Source: Octopus vulgaris
Lineage: Eukaryota
Length of the DNA stretch: 64,000 nt
NCBI GenBank assembly: GCA_951406725.2
Contig: OX597819.1
Span: forward strand, 39,990,001 to 40,054,000
Direction: 5' to 3'
The translations under genes were made by a program, and so were the position numbers. The notes under the pieces are model-generated. The model ran no database searches and was not told where the DNA came from. It was given only the letters and a program-made list of their open reading frames with translations. Shown here piece by piece: positions 40,442-55,661 of the stretch (the stretch's first letter is position 1; each line of letters opens with the position of its first letter).

Positions 40442-41128
40442 TCAGCAGCAGCAAATAATTCTTCCTGCTATTGGAACAGAGCCTGAAATTTCGGTAGAAG
40501 GGAATCAGTCGATTACATCGACCACAATGCTCAGCTCATACTTATTTTTATCATCCCCGAAAGGACGAGGGACAAAATCAGCATCGGGAAAATTTGAACT
40601 CAAGACATAAAATCGAAAGAAATGCCTCGAAGCATTTTGTCCGGCGCGTAACGATTCTGCCAGACAACAGGCGCAGGTGTGACTGTGTGGTTAGAAGTTT
40701 GCTTCTCTGTGACACGGTTCCGGATTCAGTCTCACTGCGTGGCACAACAGACAACTGCCTTCTACTATAGCCCCGGGCCGTCCAAAGTCTTGTGACTGCA
40801 CTTAGTTGACGGAAACTAAAAGAAGCTCGTATGTGTGTGCGCGCGCGCACCCACCACCACTTGACAACCGGTGTTAGTTTATTTACGTCACCGTAACTTT
40901 GTGGTTTGGCATAAGAGACAGAGAGCATAAGTGACAGGCTTAAAAAACAACTACTGGGGTTGATTCGTTCGATTAAAACCCTTCAAGGTGGTGTCCCTGC
41001 ATGGTTGCAGTTCAATGACTGAATCAAGTAAAAGATAAATGATATTGTGTACGCAGTTACATCAGCACCAACATTTAACATCAACAGTAATTACACTTTT
41101 CCATTTTCAAATCCATATTTATCACATA

Positions 41129-41676
41129 CTAGCAGAAATACCCGTCGTTGACTGGGTTCAGAAAGAGTCTTCAAAAATTATACTCTGATTTATGAAAGTT
41201 ACTGCTTCAATATCATTGAATGCTTTGTAGCGGAATATCCACAAGCTGTTATTGCCAGGCTTCGGCCCAAAAAGTTATAATATTTTACTAATGGGTCCGC
41301 TGATAGCCAGTCTCTCCAGCTCTTTCTCTTTTCCTACGCTGAGATTGCTTAGCTAGTCCAAATCTAATTTTTTTTTTTTTTTTTGAGGCATTGTAGCAGG
41401 GTGAATTAATCTATATGCAAGACAGGGGACTTAACTCATGTTAGCAAACTTAGGGATTTCACCGTCGTGAAAATTGGTAAAAGTTATGATTGAAAAGCGA
41501 TTTTTACCGCTATCCGGGAGTGCCTCGGGAAAAATAAGTTAACAAAAGCACAAACATGATCGTGACCAATATTCTCCTAAAATTGGAGCGACATGCATGC
41601 TAATTTGTGGACGTACATAAAGTACATTCACGTATACTCACACATACACACACATCCTGCCTTTTATGGATATAGA
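41129..41676 (-). mobile_element. Non-autonomous Helitron
   Basis: Minus strand A|TC start at 41676; imperfect hairpin cccagtcaacgacggg then CTAG|T at 41129. Confidence 0.8.
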
Positions 41677-44433
41677 TATGTGTGTGCATGTGAATGAGTT
41701 TGCGCGCACGCGTGCGAGTGTGAACACGCATATGCCGACTGGAAACCAAATTAACGTTTGTTGATAACATAAACCGCATAACCAGGTTTACATGTTAACA
41801 AGAAATCCACTTTCAATTATCATAAATTGTTCGTTATGCAATATGGCAGTTAGTAAGAACCCTTTCTACTATAGGCACAAGGCCTGAAATTTGGGAGGAG
41901 GGGTATAGTCTATTTCATCAACTTCAGAACTCGACTGGTACTTATTTTACCGACCCCCGAAAGGATAAAAGGCAAAGTGGACATCGGCAGAAGTTGAATT
42001 CAGAACATACGGACGACGAAATGCTGCTAAGCTCACAGCCTTTAGCAGTTAGTAAGAATAACAGCAAAAACATTTAGTATGGGAAAGTTGAGTACAAACT
42101 TGACCATATTTGAAATTGCTTAACCATTAAAAGGCTTCCGTTAAAACGGTCGTGTTCAATAATTATACCTGAAGGGTAACAGAAATACCAGCAGGAGAGG
42201 TGAAGGCTTTTGCGGTTTACACTTGGAGTTGATTTTCCCGAAAAATTAATGAACATTTCATTTCAGGGCTTAAGGCGAAGAAGTAGCAGAACCGTTAAAG
42301 CGTTGGACAATTCTTTTCAGTGCTATTCCAACTCACTACACTCTTAGTTCAAATCCCACTGCATTCTTTCTAGTTTCAAAGGAATGTATGTGCTATGTAA
42401 ACCGAATTTTAAAGGTGTTTTCTATTAGCTATATGTACTGCCATTCCAATAGTCTCTGCTGTTTTAGACGGTGAGCAGGCAGAATTGTTAGCACGCAGGG
42501 TAGAATGCTCAGCAGTTTTTCGTCCTTCTTTATGTTCTGAAGTCAAATTCCACCGAGGTCGACTTTGCCCTTTCTCCTTTCGAACTCGACAAAATAAATA
42601 CCAGTTGGACACAGGGGTCGAGGTAATCGACTTATCTTGTTCCCCGAACTTACTGGCCTTGGGCCAAAATATGAAACCAATATTCTCCGCTGTTTTTGCT
42701 CTAGTTTTATAATGCAACACTTTCGATCGGCATTTCACATCGTGTGAGAGGTTAGCATATTTAGTGTTGGGGTCGTGTAGTATTTCAGAGGGTTGCTAGG
42801 AAATGTGAGAACTTATATCTTGACTAGACGACCGTAATTGGTTTTATATTATTTCTTGTAAAGATCTTTTGACACCGGCTCTTTATTGGAGAACTCATGC
42901 TTATCAGTGACAGGAAGTTCTTTGTTACATTTGTAGTTACATTTGTTCTGTATGGAGAATCATTTCACAGTATTTTCCTCTTTCTGGGTTATTTAATGAT
43001 GTTTTAAGTATGTTACTCCATGAACCTGAGTTTCTCTGAATCCCCTTCTTTCTAATATTACATAATAATAGGGGCACCTTTGTTGAATATTTTCTGTCAG
43101 ACGATAAATTTGGTATTATTCTGATTATCTTATATAACTGTGGGAAGAAGAGCTTTGAGTTATGTATCTAGTATTTTTATTTAGTTTTCGGCATGGGACG
43201 GTTTTCCTGTGTGAAATCGGGGTAATTTTCCATTTTTAGTTTTGAAATTAGTGTCTTTCAATATGATAATCAATAGTTTTATAAGCCTATCTATGTTATA
43301 GGAGAAGACTGGTCTCTCATCTCTATATTAGTTGAGTGTAATGTTTGGGGCGATGAAGGCAGTGATCTAGCAGAATCGTTTGTGCTTCAGTCAAAAGGCT
43401 TCTAGACATTTCGTCCATCTTTGCATTCCGAATTCAAGTTCCGCGGAGGTTGTCTTTGCCTTTCATCCTTTCGAGGATAAAATAATTACCAGTTGAAAAC
43501 TGAATCGATGCAATCGACTTCCGTTTCCTATCAAAATTACTGGCCTTGTGTCAAAATTTGAAACCATTATTTGGGACGAGGAAGGTCTAGGATTTATAAG
43601 TCATCCAAATTTTAAACTTCTACGCCGACAAGGCTCTTCGTCAATACGAGTCTGCATAAATTATGAACGACTTCCTTGCGCTTTTTATTTTACCTACATC
43701 TGTGTCAGTTATGATAGTTAATGTTCTCTCAGATTGTAATTATTTTAAGATGTTTAAAAATGAATGGATGCAATTCCATAATTCAAACTGGATAAAAGAA
43801 TTTTAAAAGTTTTGTTTCCTATGTTGCTAGACCATTGATTATGGCGGTGATACAGTTCTGCTGTACTATTGTTTATTTTATTTTCTAGTTTATAGTGGCT
43901 GAGTGTTTGTTTGCTAATTAGGCTTTTATTTTACACATTGAGGATTTGAATTGGATAATAAAAATAATTTGTGGTCATTTAATGTTATGTATGATTTTAA
44001 TGTATGGTTTTAATCAATGTTATACGTGCTTGTTTTTTTGGAGTTTCTTTTGGATTACTTTAGTAGCTTGCTGTATGCATGTATCTGTCTAAATTGTAGA
44101 CAGTGTTTGCATATACATTGCTCTAGTTTTTTAAAGGTGATTTTTGATAGTTTAAGTTATTTTAGGGCCTTTAAACCATTGGAGTGAATTTTAAATCTCA
44201 CATTTTTCGTTAGTTTAAGTTGATAGATTAATTATTGGCTTCGATTATATCGATCCCGGTGCCCAACTGGTACATATTTTATCGGCTCTGAAAGGATGAA
44301 AGACAAAGTCGATCGCGGAGGAATTTTGACTCAGAACCCAATGACGGACGAAATGCCGCAAAACATTTTACCCAGTGTGCAAGCGATTCTGCTAGCTCGC
44401 TGCCTTCGATAGAATAATCATTTGACATACTCA

Positions 44434-44483
<50 letters not shown>

Positions 44484-44578
44484 GTATGTATAATTTAAAT
44501 TAGCTTTCCAGGGGACATTGTGAAGTAATCATACCTTGAGACAAAACGGAAAACTATAACTGTCAACTAAATGAATGC

Positions 44579-44663
<85 letters not shown>

Positions 44664-44909
44664 TGTATGTATGTATGTATGTATGTATGTATGTATTCTT
44701 TTATTCTTATATTTGTTTCATTTATTTGACTGCGGCTATTCTGGATCACCGCCTTTAGTCGAGCAAATCGACCCCAGGACATATTCTTTGTAATCCTAGT
44801 ACTTATTCTATCGGTCTCTTTTGCCGAATCGCCAAGTTACAGGGACACCAACATCGGCTGTCAAGCGATGGTGGTGGGACGACCACACACACACACACAA
44901 ATACATTCA

Positions 44910-44979
<70 letters not shown>

Positions 44980-45479
44980 ACGGGCTTCTTTCAGTTTTCC
45001 TCTACCAAATCCACTCACAAGTCTTTGGTCAGCCGAAGGCTATAGTAGAAGACAATCACCCAAAGTGTCACGCAGTGGGACTGAACCCAGAACCCTGTGG
45101 CTGGGAAGCAAGCTTCTTACCATACAGCCACGCCTACATCCATACAGTAACATATGAGCGTATGTGTATACATACACATGGATGGATCGATCGATCGATC
45201 GATCGATTATAAGAACGATAAGATCGATGGATCGATGGATGGATCATAAGAACGATAAAACTGAGATTTTATAACGCCTTTACTCAGTTTCCCGTTCATT
45301 TTACTTTTTAATGCAACTAAGGATTTTATTGGGACATACAGGCTTCTTTCGGAGATTTAAACGCTTACAATGTAAAATTTAAAAACCTAAAATGTATGAA
45401 ATATGACGGTTGGCAGATTATCTGGGCGTAAGATTAAAAATAAATCTAAATGATAGCTGAAGAAAACCGCGAGAGAAAA

Positions 45480-45539
<60 letters not shown>

Positions 45540-46231
45540 GTGTCGGTCGGTCGGTCGGTCGGTCTGTGTGTGTGCAGACGAGAAGAAGAAGAAGAAGAAG
45601 AAGAAGAAGAAGAAGAAGAAGAAGAAGAAGAAGAAGAAGAATGATAAAAGAATTTGTCGAAGAGAAAGGAGAGAAAAAGCAATAAAATAAGAGGAGAAGG
45701 GAGAAAATGAAGTGAGAGAAAGCTACATTACAATAAGAAAGAAGAGGAAGAAAATGGGATGGAGAGAGACATATATATTGATAGTACAGAAAGAACAGCT
45801 GACCGGTACTTAAAACAAAGTAAAATAAAGTGAAAAAAATACGTTTAGATTATATGCGTGTGTGTGTGTGTGTAATTTTGTGTTTGTGTGATTGTGTGTG
45901 TGATTGTGTGTGTGTGTGATTGTGTGTGTGTATAGAGTAGTTAAACGTTGATCTTTTATCAATGAATGAGGAAAAGTGAACTCAATAAGTACTAGAGAGT
46001 ATAATATGGGGGGGATGCTGCGAAGTTTTTCATTGCGGTCAACGTCTATCCTGACAATTACAGTGGCGTGAAAACTTGATCGCGAAAAAGTAATTATATA
46101 TGCGTGTGTATATGTGTGCGTGTGTGGGTGGGTGGGTGTATGTTGTATGTGTGTATTATCCAGATAGATACATACATACATAAACATACACACATATATA
46201 TATAATAGAATACATATATATTTATGTGTTC

Positions 46232-46267
46232 CTTTCTGTCGAAGAGCGGAGGCTCGAAACGTAAAAG
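46232..46267 (+). ncRNA. Extra-minimal hammerhead-like motif
   Basis: CTTT-CTGTCGA-A-GAGC-ggag-GCTC-GAAA-CG-TA-AAAG; core A6 is replaced by U. Confidence 0.45.
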
Positions 46268-46369
46268 ACTTTCTCAATTCCCGAGCGTTAAACTAATACA
46301 TCTGTTTGTTGTTTATACACCTGTCTTCGTCTTTTGGCTTTTTTGTAAATTCTCACTGGATATATATAT

Positions 46370-46450
<81 letters not shown>

Positions 46451-46638
46451 CATATATATATATACATGTATATATATATATATATATGTATGTATATATA
46501 TATTTATGCACGTATATATATATATATATATATACTTATATACGCACATACACATACACACACATGCACGCACAGAGACGCACATCGCACATACACACCA
46601 CTCACACACACATGACATTCATTCACACATACACATTG

Positions 46639-46731
<93 letters not shown>
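46639..46731. repeat. (GATA)n microsatellite
   Basis: Direct observation. Confidence 0.95.
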
Positions 46732-46733
<2 letters not shown>

Positions 46734-49080
46734 CAGATAGACTGTGTATGCTGCTTATGTGTATGTTTGTCAACGTGTGTGTATGTGTGTGCGTGTGTAA
46801 AGAGAGAAAGAGAGCGAGGGGGAGAGTTTAACAATAGAACTCCAGTGATACAATGTACAGAAGCCAATTGAATCAAAGCTTTCATTCTTGAAAAATAAAA
46901 TAATATAAAATAAAATAACCATTGTACCTAAAAACAAAGTAGTGAAATCAACAAGTATTTGACTCATGTGTAAAATACGCTAATATAAGCTACTCCATTC
47001 ACTTCGAGAGCAATAGCTCAATAATAAAAACAGCAGCCATTTTACGAGTAAAACTTATCCGCCGCAAACACACACATATATGTACAAACACACACGTACA
47101 TTCATACATAAGTGCTAACACATATTCATGTTCACACCCATGCACACGCATGCACACATACACACACACACACACATACTCATGCAAGCACGCACATACA
47201 CTCGTTAAAGGTTGTGAAGATAAAGTACTTTAGAGTTCATAGTCAACATCCTTGCCTCTCCTCTTTATTTTTATTATAGCCACTTATAGGTCAAGAGATT
47301 ATAAATGTATAAGCATAAGGATAATTCTGCTCCTGTTATATATGCGTTCATACATAAGTACATACACATTTGCATATCTACACACTTGCACGCGCGCGCA
47401 CGTACACACACACTGGAGAAATGGTAGAATCGTTTGAATGTCGAACAGAATGCTTGAGTTGCACGTTCCTGCGCTTCGAGTTCAAATCCTGCCGGGAACA
47501 ACTTTGTCTTTTACCTTTTCGGCCGCCATTAAAGTACCGTTCAAATATTTTGAACGGCTTCCGGGCATGTAAAGCTCTCAGCGAAGATGCTGCCTTACCA
47601 CATATCGATAACTCCATTAATGTCACTGCACTGAGAGTGACTTTTCCGTGTTTTGTTTAGCCGAACATCCGTGACTTTTATGAAGACCATCACATGAAGG
47701 CAAAGATATGGAACAAGTTAGATGGGTGAGTCAGTCCTAGGTAACCTGTCTTAATACGTGAATGGCTATTAGCCATAGTGACGTGTTTTCATTCCGTTCA
47801 TCTTCCACCCTATATGTATTGTCTGAAAACTGTGTTAGGTTGAAGAATACGGTAAGCAGGGGATTCTGGAACAATGCAAAATTGAGATGGAAGGCAATAC
47901 ATTTTTTCATCTCTGGAAAAGAAGATAACATGGGGAGGGAGGGAATCGGTTTGGTTCTGAATAAAATGACTTCAATGTCATAGTCTGAAAGTAAATCTTT
48001 TCTAAAGACAAAATGTTTTTAGTAAAACTTAAAGCTAATCAATGCAACATTAGTATTATTTTGTTTTGGGGTTGTTTTTTTTGCTTTTTGGTTTTTTTTT
48101 TTCTTTTGATGATGGGTATAACGGAGACAACTGATGAAGAGATAGTCTCTTTCGACCAGCTGTTTCAGGATAGAATTGACTGTGTATACAGAAGAGATAT
48201 GAAAATTGTGATTGGGGATCTGAATGCGAAAGCTGGTTGAAGCAACAAAGGTATGGAACAGACGATAGGTATATATAGGTATATATGGAGATGCTAAAGA
48301 AAATAATGTAAGACATATCAACTTCCGTGAAGCCGACAATTTCATGACAGGACTTGGTCTCTTTAAACACGGATATTCATGAATATAGTCGGACATTTTC
48401 AGATAAAAAAAAAAACAAAGTAATCATACAGGTCGTGTAGCCCGACGATGGGAAGTGTAAAATGTTGCTGCCGGATGTTAGAATATATCGAAGCGCAAAT
48501 GTCACGTGGGGAAACATACAAAAAGCATATCCAGGATGTTACTAAAGATGTCTGGACACTGGAAAAAAGATTTTTAAAATAGGAAATAGATTTTGGAGGA
48601 AACATTGGAAAGCATTGAGACACAAAAAGAATAAAAACGACTCGGGAAGGTAATAAGATGGACCTTAAAGTGGAAATAGCTAACTACAGGATTCTCATTC
48701 TCAACAGAAAAATAAAAAGTTGCTCAAGAAGGGATATTCTTGGAAGTGAAAGGTGAAACAATATATTTATCAATGTAAGAGGCAGTAGAAGAATCAGAAA
48801 GGCTTATAGAATAATTAATGAGATTACAGCAACAAGATTGTCTCTGTTTAGTAATGATAGGGGATTAATAACATCCTGTATAAGCATTCAAGAAGGTAGA
48901 ATTGATATATTAATAAAGTCATAATCAGGACGTTTCACGAAGAAGTGATTGTACGTGAAAAATCTGTTGAACAAATACAAACAACCATTGAGTAATTAAA
49001 AAATGGAAAAACAACTGAATTTGACGGAATTACAAGATGAAAGCCAAGAACAGATAATCACTGAAGTTGTTTCATAACGT

Positions 49081-49942
49081 ATTGCGTGGGAAAATGCGAG
49101 CAAGAGAAATAATGTTAAAACTATAAACCCTCAAAATTACAGGACAAATTATTACACTTGGAAAAGTTCGGGACAAGTTATTACATCTGGTAAAGTACAG
49201 AACAAGAAAATTTTTACTTAAAATATTGCAGCTGAGGATAAAATTTCAAATAAAATATTTAGATTTAGAAAATATTAGCTTTTATTAAAACTAAAAACTT
49301 TATTACAAGTTATTACTTCTATTTGTTATTACTTGTTACTTCTATTAAAAATTTAAAATAACTCAGAATATTTTTTGCACTTTAAAACAATTCATTTTAT
49401 TTAATTATTAAATGATAATCAAAAATTTGAAATTAGGTTATAAAAAAATAATAGTAGTACATAATTAGTACAATAAATGGAATAATACAAAAATTAGTTA
49501 TATATTACAGTAAAATCTACCTATAACAACAAATTCACAGTAAAAATTGCTTGAGTTATTGTCTAAGTTATTGCCAAGTCTTCACATTTTTAGTATTGAA
49601 CCAATGCCTATTTTTTACATAATGAATTTACTTACCATATATACTATTCCACATTGCATAAAACTTTAGCTGTACTAATACTTCTGGTTCTCATTTTTAA
49701 GTATTCTAGTATGTCAATATTTTAACAAAATTATGGTACCTTTTTTAATAATAATGTTACTTGTAAATTACATTCAAATTTTATCCTTAGCTGCAATATC
49801 TTAAGTAAAAGTTTTCTTGTTATCTACTTTACAAGATGTAATAACTTGTCCTGAACTTTTCCAAGTGTAATAACTTATCCTGTAATTTTCCAGGTTTATA
49901 ATCTTAAGAGCATTATTTCTTGCTCGCATTTTCCCATACAAT
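49081..49942. mobile_element. MITE/foldback element with ~165-bp imperfect terminal inverted repeats
   Basis: 49081-49246 vs 49776-49942 (tgggaaaatgcgagcaagagaaataatg / cattatttcttgctcgcattttccca). Confidence 0.8.
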
Positions 49943-50862
49943 CCATGTTTTTTCCCCAGGCTATGCTATTATGCTAATTAATAATGTGTCAAATGTGTCA
50001 ATTAGCGGTGTCATTGATAATTTTTTCCTTATTTCAATGATGCCGGTGACATATATCAAAAGTCCCCTTACAGAACTATATTCATAAAAAGTATAGAACT
50101 ATATTATCACCCTCAAATTTGATAAACAAGCACTCATAACTTTTTTTCTTTCAAAACTTCAATGCATGAGATTGATACCATGAAATTCCTCGAATTGAAC
50201 TCAATCATTTAAACTTAATTAAGATATAGTTTGTCTTTAAAGTAAAAAAGTTAATTATACTTAGATCCAATTTTTTGCCCTATATTTTTTCATATTTTAC
50301 CTCACAACATTTATGATACAAATTTTTGTTGCATGGGAACAAAACTATGAAATAAATTCTTCATGCTTTCTTCTATCATTGAAGCTAAGATAAATATATT
50401 TTGCTTTTGAAATAAAAAAAAAATCTAAACATGATTGGTGTCGTTACTTATTCTCCTATAACGTTGCTACAAATGATTTAAATGCCAAAATATAGCTAGG
50501 GACCAGTCTTCTTCCAAAAAGTTAACAGTTTTCAATTTGGTTAAGAACTGAATTAGCGACAAGCTCTGAAAGATGCTGCGTGTGAGTAAATTGCGTCCTT
50601 AAGAACATGTTGAAGAAATAGCTAAAGATTGGAAGAACGATTTTGTGATTAGGAAGCCAAAAGTATGTCTATATCTTAATCTTTAGCTTCAAAGGTATGA
50701 CAATTGGAGGGCTATAGCCCTGAGTAGCATAACGTTAAAGTGTTGTCTGGTTAATTCAGAATAGGAGACTGATTTCATTGGAAAGTATACCAAGGAATTA
50801 ATAAATAAGTCTCTGGTGATCGCAATGTTTTAGTAACGAGATATTTTTGCTCAGCCATAATA

Positions 50863-51191
50863 AACTGGCACTCCATCGGTTTCGATGATGAGGGTTCCAG
50901 TTGATCCGATCAACGGAACAGCCAAACTCGTGAAATTAACGTACATGTAGCTGAGCACTCCACAGATACGTGAACCATTAACGCAGTTCTCAGAGAAATT
51001 CAGCATAACACAGAGTGTGACAAGGCTGGCCCTCTGAAACACACGTACTACTCATTTTTGCTAGCTGAGTGGACTGGAGCAACTTGAAATAAAGTGTCTT
51101 GTTCAAGGACACAATGCGTAGCCTGGAACTGAACTCACGACCTTGCGATCGTGAGCCGAATATCCTAGTCATTAAGCCACGCGCCTTCACA
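50863..51191 (-). mobile_element. tRNA-derived SINE
   Basis: TSD cagccataata (50852-62, 51192-202); 3' half shared with 33823-34010. Confidence 0.88.
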
Positions 51192-52175
51192 CAGCCATAA
51201 TATACAATATGAGGAATTTAGGCAACCTTTGATAATAATTTCTGTTGATCTTTTAAAGGCTTTTGATAATATACACGGCGTTGCTGTTTGGAAGGTATCA
51301 TTTAACTAAAATTTGCTTGAAATGTATATCAAACAAATATGTGCATCATATTGGAGAGATGAATGTCGAGTAAGCGTACACGTTCAGCTCTGAAATTAAT
51401 TTTAAGTTGTGAGTGGAGCGCTGCAGAGAATTATTCTCGTATTTGCTGTTCTCATAAACTATATCACGAAGAAAATAATCATAGATGAAAAAAAAAGAAA
51501 TGAACGAATTTATAGAAAATTTTAGCAGATTTTAATTATACTGCTGATGTCATACTTTGTAATGAAACATCTAAAATACAAACAATGGTAGGCAACCATT
51601 TTATAAGTACCACCCACTTCTAAACATTGCAAGGTTGGAACTCCCATCAAACTAAGAATAATTTTGAAACTAACGCATCAAATGACAATTATTACAGCTT
51701 AAATAAAAGTTCAATTAATTAATGATTAAGATTTAATGACTAATGTCTTGCTTACTCAAACTCTGAGCAAAAATACTTGAGACAAAACTATTTCTTTTCT
51801 ACGGATATCTAACCATCTGTGGGCTACATCATAACACACTCAAAGCATACAAAGATGAGGTTACAACATATAATAGTAACAGTTACTCAGTGTCTTCCCT
51901 GAGCTTAATATTTTTATCAAGAATCAAAACATCTGGAGAAAATTTTATTAATGTGAAGAAATTTTTATTAATGTGAAGAACAACGCAGAAACAGAGGAGA
52001 GTACAAATATTGTTGCAATGTCCTTGCTTACCCACACAACTTTGTAACTTTGGCTTCTGTATCGTGTTGCAGCATAAGGTCATCAAATAACTCTGGATCT
52101 GTCACTATATATATTTATCAATGTAAGAAGGTGGGGTGGTAGTGATACGGTGGTGTTGGAAGTGTTGGTAGTACT

Positions 52176-52619
52176 TGTTTGTTTGTTTGTTTGTTGAGCG
52201 AAGCGGTCTTCATCACAGAGCTCGCAAGATCGCGCCTCGTGTAGTGGGAGAGGTCCGCAACGAGATCCTTTGCTATTCGTAAGACCCGCAGAAGAGAAAG
52301 CAGGTCAACCCCCAACACCGAGAGCATCGACGGATGGGTGAATGCGCATCCAGGCTCAGCGGTTGCGGAGGAAGTCGGGGACAAGAAACAGGAAGAAAGA
52401 GTGAGGGAAAGTTGGAGCGAAAGAGTACAACAGGGTTTGCCACCACCCTCTGCCGGAGCCTCGTGGAGCTTTAGGTGTTTTCGCTCAATAAACACACACA
52501 ACGCCCGGTCTGGGAATCGAAACCGCGATCCTCCGACCGCAACGAGGTCCTTTGCAATTCGTAAGACCCGCAGAAGAGAAAGCAGGTCAACTCCTGACAC
52601 CGAAAGCATCGACGGATGG
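52176..52619 (-). mobile_element. SINE with a duplicated ~82-bp segment in place of its 5' start
   Basis: ~52256-52337 repeats at ~52538-52619; (CAAA)n tail. Confidence 0.75.
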
Positions 52620-53371
52620 ATGAAAAGGAGGAGGAAGAGAGAGAAGAGGGGGAGGGGAGGACAGGAGAAGAGGAGGAGGAGAGAAGAAGAAGAGGAGGAG
52701 GAGGAGAGAAGAAGAAGAGGAGGAGGAGGAGAGAGAAGAGGAGGAGGAGAAAGAGAGAGATGGGGAGGAGGAGGAAGTGAGAAGGGGAGGAGGAGGAAGA
52801 GAGACAGATTAAAATTAAGAAGTGGGAAAGTAAGTTTATTATGTGGTTTATTGATTGACAAATTGGTGGCTTTATATTACAATACAGCACCATACAATAA
52901 TTCCTTTATTCCGCGATCACCGATCCTCCCAACCAGGATATTTCCCAGTTACTTCCCCTTTCTCCTTCACTCAACATCACTTTGCAACTTTTATACTGTT
53001 ATATCTTGTTGATGATGAGAAAGTGCCGTGCAGAAGCTTAATTCACAATTGCCTTTGTAGTGTTAGTCACGACATATGTTTTATAAATACAAATACATGT
53101 ACGTCTATATGTATGTATGTACATAGTGTACATTATGTATATGCGTGTATGTATCTATGTATATAAGTATGAATGTATGTATGTACATAGTACGTATTAT
53201 GTATATGTGTATGTACGTACATAGTACTATTATGCATGTATGTATGTATGTATGTATGTATGTATGTATGTATGTATGTATGTATGTACATAGTACGTAT
53301 TATGTATGCACGTATGTTATGTATATATGTATGTATATATGTTATGTGTGTTTGTTTGTATGTGTGTCATT

Positions 53372-55660
53372 ATTCAGTTTATTTCAAGATTTCTTGCCAA
53401 AAGAGAAAGAGCTGGTTTCTAACCTAAATCCAAGGCTCCTTCATTAGAATTTCAACATCAACAACAGGATATTTTTGTGTGTATGTACGTATGTATGTAT
53501 GCACCTACGTATGTATGTATGTATGTATGTATGTATGTATGTATGTATGTATGTATGTATGTATGTATGTATGTATGTATGTATGTATGTATGTATGTAT
53601 GTATGTATGTATGTATCTATGTATGCATATGTGCAGATTTGTATATTTTGTTTTATATATGTATTCTCATGCATATAGTTGCATATCTAGATATGCTCGT
53701 ATATATTTAAATGATAAACTTCTGGAAAGTTTTACAGATTTTCACTGTTCCAGATTTTACAGATTTTTACAGATTTTCAGAGTTCCACTGATGGATTGGA
53801 TCTGCAGTCTTCGAATTAGCTTTCTCCCTTCTGGTTTTAAGAAGCTTAATTTCTCAAGCTATTTTCCACAACTGTACAGGTTCTCTTCTCTATCTTAAAT
53901 CATTATATCAGGTTTGTTATACTTGCATTTTATTGAGGATTTCACTGGGACATTCCACCAGTACTCCTTTTTATTATGAGTGGCTATGGCTTCCACCATA
54001 CTGTGGGTTCTTACTTCTTTGTCCTCTGAGTTATTTTTCCGAGAGATTTCATTACAGAGTGTCCTGGCCACAACGTCGTGTCTCATCAGTAGATAATACT
54101 GTGATGACGTTTCCGAACAACTGCTTATGATGTGGGTGATATTTTCGGTGTTAACTTCGCAAAGTCTGCATCGGTTGTCACATTTTACAGCTTTTCTTGC
54201 ATTTCTTATCCCTTTTGTGCATCAAGTACTTGATTGCTATTTCCTGTTCCAGGATTGCAAACGCATACCCTTTAAAGTGGGAGGTAATAATCCGGCTATT
54301 CGTTTCGTGATAGACTGCTTTGATAATCGATGTTACTATCATCTCGGAGCTTTCTACTAACATATCCATGCATAGTCTTCTGCTCATACAGGCTCATTCT
54401 TTCATCTGATGATACGTTGCGGTAGAGTCATGCGACTTTTAGGACAATGTATTTAAGGTTATCAGACAAGGAACGTTGCTCAAGGAGTTGCCTTACATGT
54501 CTTATGTTATCAGCTTCATGTATGCAAACTCGGTCAAAGGATGCACTTCGACACTTAGTTATTAAAAGATATTGCCGAAGGGATATGATACGATATTCAA
54601 AGGCATTTTGGATTGATGTTAAGCCTCTGCCGCTTTGTCTTCGTTTTAGGTAGATGTGCTCTACGTCACTGCTTATGTGGAAATTATGTGTGCTTGTTAG
54701 TATTTTTCGGGTTTTCACATCAATGTTTCGGACCTTATCAAGCGTCCAATCAAGCAGCCGAAATGATGATATGAATATTGGCACTGCAAACACATTGTAG
54801 GTCACTGTTTTATTGAATGCATAGAGTTCTGAGGTCCAAATTTTCTTTATTCGGCTGTAATATTCTTTGGTGACACGTGTTTTGTTACAGTTGCCCCTAG
54901 ATACCCGTAACATTCCTCGTCAGATATACTGGAAGCAATCAAGTCGTTGATGGAGATGTTGCTACTCTGATGTACTGTTTTCCCCCTTTTCACAACCATA
55001 CAACAACGTTTATCCTGACCAAACTTCAACTCTACATCCTTTGAGAATGTTGTAACTAGGTCAAGGCTCTTTTTCATCTCGTGCATATTCTTTGCATAAA
55101 GTTTCAAGTCATCCACAAAGAAACAGTGTGTAATCTTGATATTTCTGATTCCTTGTAAACCAGTGAGATATCCTTCAGACTTCCTTAACATGAATGACAA
55201 TGGGCTTACAGAAAGTATAAACATCACAGAGAGGATGTCGCCTGAAATATGCCTTTGCGATACTGTATTCTATTAGTGATAATACGGTCATTTTCGTGTT
55301 TAATTTCAAAATGGTGGCCCACGAAGTCAGGTCAGCTATAACTTTGCCTATGCTGACTGGAACTTTAACAAGTTGAAGAGCTTCTATCAACCATGAGTGG
55401 GGAACATAGTCAAAGGCTTTCTTGTAGTCTAGCCATATTGAAGCTAGGATCCTCCTATACTCTCGCATCTCTGACATCACAGTTTTGTTGATTAGTAATT
55501 TCTCGGCACATCTCCAGTTTCCCTTCTTCCCAGCTGCTTGCTCTGCTGTTATGATGTTAATGGTTTCCCAATAGTCCTGCAGGAAGAGGCTTAAGTGTGC
55601 TGCATATATCTTATACATTAAGTTCTGACATGCAATTGGCCGGTAGTTTTTTGCCATGTA
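53372..55660 (-). mobile_element. Degraded R4/Dong-type LINE (RT + RLE)
   Basis: NYRPIAC, WLDYKKAFDYVPHSWL, FVDDLKLY, IYLKRRQSGRGL, RHDVVA, KPDI. Confidence 0.88.
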
Positions 55661-55661
55661 G

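Larger units (their letters stand above)
47850..51560 (+). mobile_element. Old, degraded RTE-like LINE interrupted by a foldback element and a SINE
   Basis: APE remnants LRW..SG..EGIGLVLNK and IVIGDLNAKAG; RT remnant VDLLKAFDNI near 51240; limits approximate. Confidence 0.6.

Noticed and set aside
42780-43800. Possible very old LINE RT on the minus strand
   Set aside because: Only a faint IKPITV-like motif; too degraded to support.
52118-53012. Long ORFs 52118-52861 (-) and 52338-53012 (+)
   Set aside because: They run through a SINE and a GA-rich low-complexity tract.
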